Shown here in pieces: positions 1-9,575 of a DNA stretch of 64,000 nucleotides. Both the position numbers and the translations under genes were made by a program. Within the stretch, counting starts at the first letter, position 1. Every line of letters starts with the position of its first letter. The notes beneath the pieces were generated by a model, which was not told the DNA's origin, made no database searches, and worked only from the letters and a program-made list of their open reading frames with translations. The stretch is from Elusimicrobia bacterium GWA2_51_34 (GTDB taxonomy: Bacteria > Elusimicrobiota > Elusimicrobia > Elusimicrobiales > UBA9959). The DNA lies in NCBI GenBank assembly GCA_001799565.1, contig MGTS01000002.1, positions 6,645 through 70,644 of the forward strand, written 5' to 3'.

Positions 1-2
1 TG

Positions 3-854
3 GATCTATTGCTCAACGGCAAGTTGGATATTTTAACGGACCTGCCCGGTACCGCGACTTTGAAGGTAACAGTTAATCCCAAGACACAGGTAGTCAAGAA
101 GGCCACCTTCTATACGATGCTGGCCACATTTAACATTTCCCGCGGTCCCCTGAAGATCCTGCAGGTTCGTCAGGCGATGAATTACGCCATTAATAAGGAT
201 GAATTGATACGTTACGATCTTTTGGGGAACGGCCTGATAATCGCCAGTTTGTCCATGCCTGGAGAAGTCGGCCATGACCCCATGCTAAGGCCTTATGCGT
301 ATGATCCCCAAAAGGCCCGGAGTCTGCTAAAAGAGACTGGGCTTCCGCTGCCGATCAGATTGAAGGTCCTGACCAAGGCGCAGGGCGAACGCACTGCCCG
401 CATTATCGCCAAACAGCTTCAGGCTGTGGGTATTGAATGGGAGATTTATGGAGTTACCACAGACGCGAACGTTATTCGGGACCTGGCTTCCAGGGATATC
501 GATTTAAGTCTCGCAAGTGTGCCGGATGTTATGGGGCATATTGCCTTCCTGCAAAGCATCGGGCTTTACTCACGGTCCCCATTTTCTCTTCAGAAAAACT
601 CTGACTATGACAGGCGGTTGGAGGGGGTGATCATGGAATTGGACCCCGGCAAACATGAGAAAGCGGCGCAAGAGCTGGACAGGTATGTGTACGACCAAGC
701 TCTGAGTCTTTTCACTTACCAACGGATCCGCACTTATGGGGTTTCCCGCCGGATAAAATTCATCCCCAATGTGACGGGACGGCTGTACTTGTATCAAAAC
801 CAGTCTGTAATGGAAGGTTCCCCGCCAAAAGCGGGGGAAAGAGGTGGTCTATGA
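3..854 (+). CDS. ABC transporter family-5 (peptide/nickel-type) substrate-binding protein, 5' truncated by window edge
   Basis: Frame open from window start; motif VRQAMNYAINKDELI...YDPQKARSLLKETG is typical of SBP_bac_5. Confidence 0.8.
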   Translation, partial: DLLLNGKLDILTDLPGTATLKVTVNPKTQVVKKATFYTMLATFNISRGPLKILQVRQAMNYAINKDELIRYDLLGNGLIIASLSMPGEVGHDPMLRPYAYDPQKARSLLKETGLPLPIRLKVLTKAQGERTARIIAKQLQAVGIEWEIYGVTTDANVIRDLASRDIDLSLASVPDVMGHIAFLQSIGLYSRSPFSLQKNSDYDRRLEGVIMELDPGKHEKAAQELDRYVYDQALSLFTYQRIRTYGVSRRIKFIPNVTGRLYLYQNQSVMEGSPPKAGERGGL

Positions 855-1315
855 CCATGTTTATGACCTGTTTCTTCAAAGAAGCGGTAAAATTGGAAAA
901 TCTTGTTTTTCTGGCCGGTTTCCTGCATCTTTTTCAACTGCCTGCCGCGCTTGTTTTCGCGCCCAAAATGCTTAACTGGAAAGAAGACTTTGCCAAACTA
1001 ACCGCAATGAACCGCACCATTTTTAACATGTTGGGAGGCGGGATTCTTCTGGCATCCGTGGGGGCTGGCGTGGTGGTTCTGGTGGCGCCGGCGGAAGTGG
1101 CGGGGGGGAGCAGGTTGGGAACCGCTTTCTGCGGTTATCTCGCCCTTATGTGGCTTCACCGGGCATGGATACAGATTTTTGTATATTCATCCCTTTGGCC
1201 CGGCGGCCGGATCGGCCGATTAAGTTACTACGGCTTATTAACCAGCCTTACTGTTAAGACAGGGATTTATTCGATGGCTTTTGTTCTAGGATTAATGAAA
1301 CTTTGGATATCGTAA
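851..1315 (+). CDS. Hypothetical 4-TM membrane protein
   Basis: Four hydrophobic segments; ATGA overlap with the upstream gene. Confidence 0.6.
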   Translation: MTMFMTCFFKEAVKLENLVFLAGFLHLFQLPAALVFAPKMLNWKEDFAKLTAMNRTIFNMLGGGILLASVGAGVVVLVAPAEVAGGSRLGTAFCGYLALMWLHRAWIQIFVYSSLWPGGRIGRLSYYGLLTSLTVKTGIYSMAFVLGLMKLWIS

Positions 1316-1341
1316 CTTCTTTGACCGGCCGGAGGTCCCCA

Positions 1342-2742
1342 ATGAAAGTGACTTTAATCAACGCCAACACCATTAAGCCCCCTTTAAGTCCCATCGGGCT
1401 TCTTTATCTGTCCGCCTATTTGAAATCAAAAGGTATGTTGGTGAACGTTGTGGATCTGTGCTGCGCGAATGATATCCCCGCCGCGTTAAGTTCCATGGGA
1501 AAAAACCAGCCGGATATAATAGGCGTTTCTATCCGTAACATTGACGCAGCCCAGATGAAAATGAGTAAATATTTTTTGCCCGATGTCCTCACAATTATAA
1601 AGTTGGTGAAGGAACAGTGTCCGCGGACCCCGCTAGTTCTGGGCGGGGCGGGCTTTTCCATCGCACCGGTTGAGATCATGGAAATGACGAAGGCGGATTA
1701 CGGGGTTGTTGGAGAGGGGGAAGCCGCCCTCTATGCGCTGGTCCAGGGGCTGCAGACAGGAAGCGATGTCCGCGCGGTTGCGGGTTTGATCTTCAGGGAC
1801 GGCGACGGGAAAATCAGGATCAATCCCCCGCAAAACTCCAGTACCGCGTTTCTTCGGGCTCTCCCCTTTCAGGATTTGGATGCCGTCAATTATTCCTTAT
1901 ATTACAATCAGGGCGGCATGGCCAGTCTTCAAACGAAGAGGGGGTGTGCCCTGGATTGTGTTTACTGCACATATCCGTTGATCGAAGGGAAAAATTACCG
2001 TCTCATCCCGCCCGCTCATGTGGTGGACGAAATGGAATATGTTTTATCCAGAGGTTATGACTATTTTCATTTCAGTGACAGCGTTTTTAATGTGCCGCGG
2101 GAGCACGCTCTTCAGGTCTGCCGTGAAATAATCCGCAGAGGCCTTAAAGTCAAATGGCACGCTTATATGTCGCCCCAAGGCTTTGACGCGGAACTCGCCG
2201 GGGTTCTGGCCGCCGCGGGCAACGACGGGGTGCTTTTCGGAGTTGACAGCTGCTCGGAGAGCATGCTGGGGCACCTCGGCAAAGGCTTTCATAAACGAGA
2301 CATCGCGCACGCCTGCGAAGCCTGCCGCGTCCATGGCCTTGAATTTAGTTTCCACATTCTCTTTGGCGCCCCGGGCGAAACTATGGAGACCGTGGAGGAA
2401 ACACTGCAGGCTATTGATGACTTGCGTCCAACGGCGGCTTTTCTTACGCAGGGGATCCGTGTCTACCGCGACACTCCGATCTACAAGAGACTGGTGTCGG
2501 AAGGCAAACTTGATCCGGGCCGTTCCCTGCTGGAGCCTTATTTTTACCTTTCCGAAGAGCTCGGTCCCCGGTTTCCCGGACGCGTCCACGAATACGCCGT
2601 GGCGCGGGATTTTGTTTTCAGCGACACCACGGCCAAATCTCCCAGCACGGATGAGGCGGTTGTCGCGCTTTATAAAAGAAATTTCAGGGGGCCCTGCTGG
2701 AAAATACTTAAAGAACTGAAGCGCGTTTCCGCCGGCAGGTGA
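1342..2742 (+). CDS. Cobalamin-binding (class B) radical SAM protein
   Basis: N-terminal B12-binding domain (PIGLLYLSAYL...DIIGVS, VLGGAG) and CxxxCxxC (RGCALDCVYC); GGAGG RBS before ATG 1342. Confidence 0.9.
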   Translation: MKVTLINANTIKPPLSPIGLLYLSAYLKSKGMLVNVVDLCCANDIPAALSSMGKNQPDIIGVSIRNIDAAQMKMSKYFLPDVLTIIKLVKEQCPRTPLVLGGAGFSIAPVEIMEMTKADYGVVGEGEAALYALVQGLQTGSDVRAVAGLIFRDGDGKIRINPPQNSSTAFLRALPFQDLDAVNYSLYYNQGGMASLQTKRGCALDCVYCTYPLIEGKNYRLIPPAHVVDEMEYVLSRGYDYFHFSDSVFNVPREHALQVCREIIRRGLKVKWHAYMSPQGFDAELAGVLAAAGNDGVLFGVDSCSESMLGHLGKGFHKRDIAHACEACRVHGLEFSFHILFGAPGETMETVEETLQAIDDLRPTAAFLTQGIRVYRDTPIYKRLVSEGKLDPGRSLLEPYFYLSEELGPRFPGRVHEYAVARDFVFSDTTAKSPSTDEAVVALYKRNFRGPCWKILKELKRVSAGR

Positions 2743-2902
2743 GCCGGCGGTGGCCGGCCGCTCAGGCATGCGCGCCGGTTTTTTAAAAACTATTTAATTA
2801 TTTCTCTCTCTCAAAAAGTTCCGGAGCCGGCGCTAATTTGTGGCGGTTGTTTTTAACTACGGGGATTCTAATTAAAACCACGGGGTTTAAAAAATACAAT
2901 CC

Positions 2903-2932
2903 TTGTGTCTTAGCCCCAAAAACCAGTATAAT
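2903..2932 (+). promoter_or_regulatory. Putative sigma70 promoter for the signalling cluster
   Basis: TTGTGT-18 nt-TATAAT in AT-rich intergenic DNA. Confidence 0.4.
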
Positions 2933-3060
2933 TTTATTAATTAGCACCCCTCCGAAACTTGCCGGGAACCTTAAGGCGGTCGCCTGATTGGCGGGAAGCG
3001 CGGACAACAATCGTTAGTCAGCATGCTTACTGAGAGTAAATCAACAAGAGCGCGTCCGGT

Positions 3061-6000
3061 ATGACAACAAGAAAAAATAACAAAACGAAAGCGGTGCAAC
3101 CTTCATGTGAAGGCGAGGCCATGTACCGGACGTTCTTTGACCAGGCCCGCGATTCCATCCTGCTGCTTGAAATAGCGCCGAACGGGATCCCCGTGATCCG
3201 TGACGCCAATGCCGCGGCTCTGCGGGTTCACGGCTACTCGCTTGATGAAATTGTGGGTAAGCCTGTATCAATATTAAACGCGAACGTTGACGACGCATGT
3301 TTGATAAGGGATAAGAACCGAGGGATAGCGCATGGAAATAGCTTTGAAGTGCGGCATAGGCGTAAAGATGGTTCTACTTTTATCGCGGAAGCGTCCAGCC
3401 GGGAGATGGTGATCGGCGGGAAGCTTATGGCGTTTTCAATAGAACGCGATATCACCGAACGCAAGCTGATGCAGGCGGCCCTGGCGAAAGAAAAGCAATA
3501 TAACAAGAACCTTATTGACACAGCGCAGGCCATCATCCTGGTATTGGACCCGAAAGGGCGCATAGTAACTTTTAACCCCTATATGGAGCAGGTTTCCGGC
3601 TATCGGCTTGAAGAGGTAAAAGGTAAAGACTGGTTCCGCACTTTTCTCAGGAAAGAGAGCCGTGATAAGACGCGCAAACTATTCCTGAACGCGATAGGCG
3701 GCATACAGACAGGCGGTAATATAGACTGCATTGTTACAAAGAATGGGCGCGAGCTCTCTATAGAATGGTATGACAAAACCCTAAAGAATGAAAAAGATGA
3801 AGTAGAGGGGCTTCTGGCGGTCGGCAGGGACGTCTCCGAGCGCGAGCGGGCATCGGTGGCGCGCAAAGAAAGCGAGTTGTGGTACCAGGCACTCTTCACC
3901 CAGGCCCGTGATTCCATCCTGTTGCTTGAAATAGCGCCGGACGGGATTCCCGTGATCCTGGAAGCCAACACCGTGGCCCTGCGGATGCATGGCTACTCGC
4001 GTGAAGAAATGCTCGGCAAACCTATTTCATTTCTTGACGCTGATCCCATACCGGCTTTAATCAGGGAACGTGCCAACCGTATAGAATCCGAAATGGGCGC
4101 GATTTTCGAGGCACGGCACAGGCGCAAGGACGGTACGGTCTTTTATCTTGAGGTTTCTGTTGTTAAAATTGAAATCGGCGGCAAGCACCTGCTGCTGGAT
4201 ATATCGCGCGACATCACCGCGCGTAAGGAGGCCGTGGAGGCGCTTCTGTTAAAGACTATGCTTTTAGAAACACAGGCGGAAGCTTCCATTGACGGGGTCC
4301 TGGCTGTTGACAATGATGGGAAGTCCATCTTTTTCAATAAGCGTTTCAGTGATATATGGCAAATACCCCGGAAGATTCTGGATACGAAAGACGATAAGAA
4401 GATGCTGGAATGTATTTCCAAACGGTTAAAGGATCCGGCGGAATTCAACCGTAAAGTCGCGTATCTTTATGAACACAAAAACGAAGAAAGCAGGGACGAG
4501 ATAGAATTCGCGGATGGGGGATGGCTGGACAGATACTCCTCGCCGTTAATAAGCGCCGCTGGAAAATATCAGGGCAGAATCTGGTATTTTCGTGATATTA
4601 CCGGGCGCAGAAAGGCCGAGACCGGCATGCGCGAAACTTATGAGATGCAGGGAATGATCAACACCATGCTTCATCTGTCCCTCGCGAATATCCCGTTGCG
4701 GGACAAACTGAACAGCCATCTTGCGGCGCTGCTGTCCGCCCCGTGGCTTTCAGTTGATTCAAAAGGCGCGGTTTTTCTTGCGGCACCGGGGGGGAAGGAG
4801 CTGGTTTTAACCGCCCACCAGGGGTTGTCGTCCCACTTGCTTTTGGCCTGCGCCAAGGTGCCTTTCGGATGCTGCCTTTGCGGCCGGGCGGCAGCGGCCG
4901 GGCGGGCTGTGGTTTCCCGCAATATTGGCCCGGACCATCAGATAACCCACAAAGGGATGAAGCCGCACGGCCATTATTGCGCGCCCATAATGGCCGAAGG
5001 CAAAGTTTTAGGAGTGCTCAACCTCTACCTTAAAGAGGAGAGGGCGCTTACGGAAAATCAGGAGCAGTTTGTAAAAGCAGCCGCGGATGTGATGGCGGGA
5101 AACATCATCCATTCGCAGATAGAGGATAAGTTTTTTCAGGCGCAGAAAATGGAAGCGGTGGGGATGCTGGCCGGCGGGGTTGCGCATGACTTTAATAATA
5201 TTCTGACCGCCATAAAATGCTACGCGGAATTTGTACGCAATGACCTTCCTTCCGGGGATCCTAAGCTCGAAGATACGCAGGAGATATTGACCGCGGTGGA
5301 GAGAGCTATAGCCCTTACGCGGCAGCTGCTCGCTTTCAGCCGCCGCCAGATACTGGCCCCGCAGGTGGTGGATATAAACAAAATATTGGGCGATATTACC
5401 AACATGCTCCGGCGCATTATAGGTGAACATATAGCGTTGAAGACCAGGCTGTTTTCCGCGCCGTGTCTGGTGAAAGTGGACCTGGGGCAGCTTGAACAGG
5501 TGATAGTAAACCTGACTGTGAACGCGCGTGACGCCATGCCCGGCGGGGGAACTATAATTTTTGAAACGGAAATAGTGCGTCTGCCTGAAGAATTCTTTTT
5601 TGCCCGGCCGGATCTGCCCATAGGGCCGTTGGTTCGCTTAAAGGTGCGTGACACCGGCTGTGGCATGAACGAGGAAGTTAAAAGCCGCCTTTTTGAGCCG
5701 TTTTTTACCACAAAGGAGCAGGGGAAGGGTACGGGGCTGGGGCTTCCTATGGTTTTCGGTATAGTAAAGCAGAGCCGCGGAGAAATAGAGATTGAAAGCG
5801 AGCCGGGCAAAGGCTCGGTTTTTTCAGTTTACCTGCCGCTTGTAGAAACTCTGACGCGACACAAGGACAAGGACAAGGACAAGGACAAGGACAAGGACAA
5901 GGACAAGGACAAGGACAAGGACAAGGACAAGGACAAGGATAAGGATAAGGATAAGGATAAGGATAAGGAACCCCCGGTAAAAGGTCATGAGACAGTCCTG

Positions 6001-6372
6001 CTGGTGGAAGATGAAGAAAGCCTGCGACGGCTTGGCGAGCGGGTTTTGCGCATTGGGGGATATACAGTCCTTGTTGCCGCTGACGGCCAGGCGGCGCTTA
6101 AGCTGATGGAAGAGCGGGGCAAACCCGTGGACCTGCTTATGACGGATGTGGTGATGCCCGGCATGAGCGGGCACGACCTGGCGCTGGAGCTGGCCAGCAG
6201 GAAGCTGGTGCGCCGGGTGCTTTACATGTCCGGCTATACCGATGAGACTATTATTAAACACGGCGTGCTTGAACCGGGTATCGCGTTTATATACAAACCG
6301 TTTACGATAGAGGCGGTCACGCGGAAACTGCGTGAAGTGCTGGATGGCCCATTTGGGCAGGCGAAAGCGTGA
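3061..6372 (+). CDS. Cytoplasmic multi-PAS/GAF hybrid histidine kinase (4 PAS, GAF, HisKA, HATPase, REC)
   Basis: H-box GVAHDFNN, G boxes DTGCGM and GTGLGL, C-terminal receiver (TDVVMPG...KPF); no TM segment. Confidence 0.93.
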   Translation: MTTRKNNKTKAVQPSCEGEAMYRTFFDQARDSILLLEIAPNGIPVIRDANAAALRVHGYSLDEIVGKPVSILNANVDDACLIRDKNRGIAHGNSFEVRHRRKDGSTFIAEASSREMVIGGKLMAFSIERDITERKLMQAALAKEKQYNKNLIDTAQAIILVLDPKGRIVTFNPYMEQVSGYRLEEVKGKDWFRTFLRKESRDKTRKLFLNAIGGIQTGGNIDCIVTKNGRELSIEWYDKTLKNEKDEVEGLLAVGRDVSERERASVARKESELWYQALFTQARDSILLLEIAPDGIPVILEANTVALRMHGYSREEMLGKPISFLDADPIPALIRERANRIESEMGAIFEARHRRKDGTVFYLEVSVVKIEIGGKHLLLDISRDITARKEAVEALLLKTMLLETQAEASIDGVLAVDNDGKSIFFNKRFSDIWQIPRKILDTKDDKKMLECISKRLKDPAEFNRKVAYLYEHKNEESRDEIEFADGGWLDRYSSPLISAAGKYQGRIWYFRDITGRRKAETGMRETYEMQGMINTMLHLSLANIPLRDKLNSHLAALLSAPWLSVDSKGAVFLAAPGGKELVLTAHQGLSSHLLLACAKVPFGCCLCGRAAAAGRAVVSRNIGPDHQITHKGMKPHGHYCAPIMAEGKVLGVLNLYLKEERALTENQEQFVKAAADVMAGNIIHSQIEDKFFQAQKMEAVGMLAGGVAHDFNNILTAIKCYAEFVRNDLPSGDPKLEDTQEILTAVERAIALTRQLLAFSRRQILAPQVVDINKILGDITNMLRRIIGEHIALKTRLFSAPCLVKVDLGQLEQVIVNLTVNARDAMPGGGTIIFETEIVRLPEEFFFARPDLPIGPLVRLKVRDTGCGMNEEVKSRLFEPFFTTKEQGKGTGLGLPMVFGIVKQSRGEIEIESEPGKGSVFSVYLPLVETLTRHKDKDKDKDKDKDKDKDKDKDKDKDKDKDKDKDKDKEPPVKGHETVLLVEDEESLRRLGERVLRIGGYTVLVAADGQAALKLMEERGKPVDLLMTDVVMPGMSGHDLALELASRKLVRRVLYMSGYTDETIIKHGVLEPGIAFIYKPFTIEAVTRKLREVLDGPFGQAKA
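5863..5970 (+). repeat. In-frame hexanucleotide microsatellite (AAGGAC)12(AAGGAT)5AAGGAA encoding (KD)17KE
   Basis: Read directly; lies in the linker between HATPase and receiver. Confidence 0.97.
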
Positions 6373-6593
6373 GTTTTACTTGGTTTCGAACGGCAAAAGC
6401 GCATTGGTTTTTGAGTAGGCCGGCCAATTATGTGGGTTGATTCCAGCTTCCGTAATACTCCGTATCCGTTCAAGTACAATTGCGCATATGCCCGAATCGG
6501 CAAAAGGGCTATGCTTATCTTGCTGTGGTTTAGGGGCGTGAAATAATATTATTTTCTGCATAAGCCGCGTGTTAGTGGTAAGCACTTTGTCCG

Positions 6594-6792
6594 CCGCCCA
6601 GGGTCAACGGAATAAAAGTATGCAAGATAATACGCAGTGGCCCGGTTTTGCGCAATATTAAAATCCTTGCCATAATCCGGCTATGACATTGAGGAGTCAA
6701 GGCCCAAGATATTGGAAGCCGGTGCGGATTGTTTTCTTGGTAAACCGTTCACTCTTGAGGCATTAAACGAAAAAATAGCGCATTTACTCTAA
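6594..6792 (+). pseudogene. Truncated, frameshifted response-regulator receiver fragment
   Basis: Translates PRVNGIKVCKIIRSGPVLRNIKILAI / +1 nt at 6675 / SGYDIEESRPKILEAGADCFLGKPFTLEALNEKIAHLL*; N-terminal half absent; not in the ORF track. Confidence 0.8.
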
Positions 6793-6817
6793 AATAGGGC
6801 TTGCTTAAGGATTCCAT

Positions 6818-8794
6818 ATGACTGACGCTGAAAGCGATAAAGACCGGATTTCGACGGAAAACGCGCCGAAGCCGGCCGTCGCCAGACCGAAGATCATGGT
6901 GGTGGATGACGAGCTTGGTTTCAGAGAGCTTGCAAGCCGGGTATTCCAGGACGACTATGATGTGGTGACGGCCGCCAACGGTGAGGAAGCGGTCCAAAAA
7001 GCCGGCGCGAAAGACATAGACGTAGTTGTTTCCGACATGACCATGCCGAAGATGGGCGGTTTGGATATGCTCAGCGCGCTGAAGGAGATTGATCCGAAGG
7101 TAGAAGTAATCCTGGTGACAGGCTTCGCCACGCTTGAAACCGCCGTTGAAAGCATGAAACGGGGCGCCTATGATTATATTACCAAGCCGTTTGATATTGA
7201 AGAGCTTTTCCGGCTGGTCGCGCGGGCGCTGGACAAGCGCCGTTTAAACCAGCAGGTGGACGAACTTAAGGAAATCAACCGCTTCAAGTCGGAATTTCTC
7301 GCCAATATGAGCCACGAGCTCAGAACCCCCATGAACGCGATACTGGGCTATACCTCTCTCCACCTGGACCGGCTTTACGGAGAGATAACGCAAAAGCAGG
7401 AAGATGCCTTAAAAAGAGTGGAAGCGGCGGGGAAGAATCTTCTGCATCTCATTAACAGCATCCTTGACCTTTCCAAATTATCCGCCGGACGGATGCCGCT
7501 TTATCTGGAAGAGTTCCGTCTCAGGGATTTGATTGAAGAGGTGATAAGCATGATGGAATGCCTAGCCAAGGCCAAACAGCTTAAGCTGGAGGTTAGTGTC
7601 CCAAAAGATATGCGCGTGCGGAGCGATAAAACAAAACTTAAGCAAATTCTTATAAACCTTGTGAACAACGGAATTAAATTCACCTCTTCGGGCGGCGTAT
7701 TTATAGAGGTGGACCAAAGCCAGAAGCAGCCGCGCTTCAATATCCGGGTTCGGGATACCGGGATAGGGATAAAAACCAAAGATCTTACTTCTTTATTCCA
7801 GGAGTTTAAACAGCTGGACTCTTCCCCTACGAGGGAATACGGCGGAACCGGCCTGGGCCTGGTCATCAGCCGGAAATTCGCCCAGCTTATGGGGGGAGAC
7901 ATCGGCGTTACAAGCGCTGCGGGTTCCGGTTCCACGTTTACCGTCACGCTGCCGCTGGAAAGCGATCGCCAGGCGCAATCCGTGGAAAACGTTTTTCAGC
8001 CGTCGGTTGCGGGCAGCCGGGGAAAGGTCTTCCTGGCTATAGACGATGACCCCGAAGTTTTGATGCTTCTCAGGGACAGCCTCCAGGGCACCGGCTATAA
8101 GTTTGCCGGCGCGCTGAACGCCGAGGAAGGAATTGCCATGGCCCGAGAACTTAAGCCTTTCGCCATCACCCTTGACATCATGATGCCGCATAAAGACGGC
8201 TGGTCCGCCCTGCAGATAATGAAAAACGACCCTGAATTGCGCACAATTCCCGTGATCATACTCTCTATTATGGACAACAAGACCCTGGGTTACGCGCTGG
8301 GTGTTACCGACTATATACTTAAGCCGTTTGAGCGCGGCGAGCTTTTGAAAAAGCTCCGGGCGCTGGATCGCTGCGCACAGGAGGGGGATGTTCTTAAAAG
8401 AACGCCGTGCACGGCGCTTGTAGTGGATGATGAAAAAATCATAGCTGATCATCTTAAGGAGGCTCTCTCGTCCGAGGGTTATGTGGTGGACTCCGTCAAT
8501 AACGGCTCCGACGCGCTGACAAGAATAAACGCCTCTCCTCCGGATATTCTATTTCTGGGCCTGATGCTGCCGGGAATCAACGGTTTTGAAATAATAGAAG
8601 CGATGGAAAAAGATCCGAAATTTAAAGATACCGCTATTTTTATCTTAACAGCCCGGCACCTGACTCCCCAGGAAACGGATTATCTCCAAAAGAGGACCGC
8701 GGCGGTTATCCAGAAAGGTTCCAGGAGCCTGCCCGAGATATTGGGGCAGGTTAAAAAACGGCTGAAAGCGCTGGAGGCCTCCGATGAGCGTTAA
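6818..8794 (+). CDS. Hybrid kinase REC-HisKA-HATPase-REC-REC (last REC degenerate)
   Basis: FLANMSHELRTP H-box, GGTGLGL; three receiver folds, the last has FLGLMLP with G in place of the phospho-Asp. Confidence 0.93.
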   Translation: MTDAESDKDRISTENAPKPAVARPKIMVVDDELGFRELASRVFQDDYDVVTAANGEEAVQKAGAKDIDVVVSDMTMPKMGGLDMLSALKEIDPKVEVILVTGFATLETAVESMKRGAYDYITKPFDIEELFRLVARALDKRRLNQQVDELKEINRFKSEFLANMSHELRTPMNAILGYTSLHLDRLYGEITQKQEDALKRVEAAGKNLLHLINSILDLSKLSAGRMPLYLEEFRLRDLIEEVISMMECLAKAKQLKLEVSVPKDMRVRSDKTKLKQILINLVNNGIKFTSSGGVFIEVDQSQKQPRFNIRVRDTGIGIKTKDLTSLFQEFKQLDSSPTREYGGTGLGLVISRKFAQLMGGDIGVTSAAGSGSTFTVTLPLESDRQAQSVENVFQPSVAGSRGKVFLAIDDDPEVLMLLRDSLQGTGYKFAGALNAEEGIAMARELKPFAITLDIMMPHKDGWSALQIMKNDPELRTIPVIILSIMDNKTLGYALGVTDYILKPFERGELLKKLRALDRCAQEGDVLKRTPCTALVVDDEKIIADHLKEALSSEGYVVDSVNNGSDALTRINASPPDILFLGLMLPGINGFEIIEAMEKDPKFKDTAIFILTARHLTPQETDYLQKRTAAVIQKGSRSLPEILGQVKKRLKALEASDER

Positions 8795-9182
8795 GATCTT
8801 AGTTGCCGACGACGACTACGATAACCGGACTATAATTAGGCAGGTTCTGGAGGCCGCCGGCTACCAGGTCCTTGAGGCCGTCAACGGCCTTGAGGCCGTT
8901 GAAACCGCCCTGGCCCAAAAGCCCGCCCTTATTTTAATGGACCTTTCCATGCCCAAACTTAACGGGTGGGAAGCCGCCAAACGGATAAAGCAGACGCCGG
9001 AAATTGCCGGCATTCCAATATTTGCCTTCACAGCTCATGCGCTAGCTGGGGATAATGTCAAAGCCAAAGCTGCCGGCTGCGACGATTATATCTCCAAACC
9101 CTGCGTTCCCCGCGAAGTTCTGCAAAAAGTGCGGGACTGCCTTAAGGCCGCGGACGAGAAAGCGCGGCAGGGGATGGGATAA
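8784..9182 (+). CDS. Single-domain response regulator (DivK-like)
   Basis: VADD, MDLSMP, FTAHA, SKP motifs. Confidence 0.92.
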   Translation: MSVKILVADDDYDNRTIIRQVLEAAGYQVLEAVNGLEAVETALAQKPALILMDLSMPKLNGWEAAKRIKQTPEIAGIPIFAFTAHALAGDNVKAKAAGCDDYISKPCVPREVLQKVRDCLKAADEKARQGMG

Positions 9183-9566
9183 ATGGCGAAGATACTGATC
9201 GTAGACGACGACGCTTTAAACCGCGATATGCTCAAAACACGGCTGGAGGCGGCTGGCTATGGCGTGGCCGAAGCCGGCAACGGGGAAGAGGGCGTTAAAG
9301 CGGCGCAGGCCCTGGCGCCGGATCTTATAATTATGGATGTGATGATGCCAAAGGTAGACGGCAGGCTGGCGTGCCGTATCCTGAAGACAAATCCAAAGAC
9401 AAAAGACATCCCCGTGGTGATGTTGACGGCCCGCAGCCAGCACATGGAGGAACTCAGGGGTTGGGAATCCGGAGCGGACGAGTATCTGGTCAAACCCTGC
9501 GATCATCAGCAGCTGTTGGCGCTTATAGCAAAATTCCTTGACAAAGCGCCTAAGGACGCCTCGTAG
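9183..9566 (+). CDS. Single-domain response regulator
   Basis: VDDD, MDVMMP, LTA, VKP motifs. Confidence 0.92.
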   Translation: MAKILIVDDDALNRDMLKTRLEAAGYGVAEAGNGEEGVKAAQALAPDLIIMDVMMPKVDGRLACRILKTNPKTKDIPVVMLTARSQHMEELRGWESGADEYLVKPCDHQQLLALIAKFLDKAPKDAS

Positions 9567-9575
9567 TAAAATATT

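Noticed and set aside
2940-3060. c-di-GMP riboswitch in the kinase leader (also checked 22800-22889 and 60575-60742)
   Set aside because: GEMM-I and class II consensus elements not found
5863-5970. CRISPR array
   Set aside because: Simple hexamer repeat without spacers; no cas genes in the window
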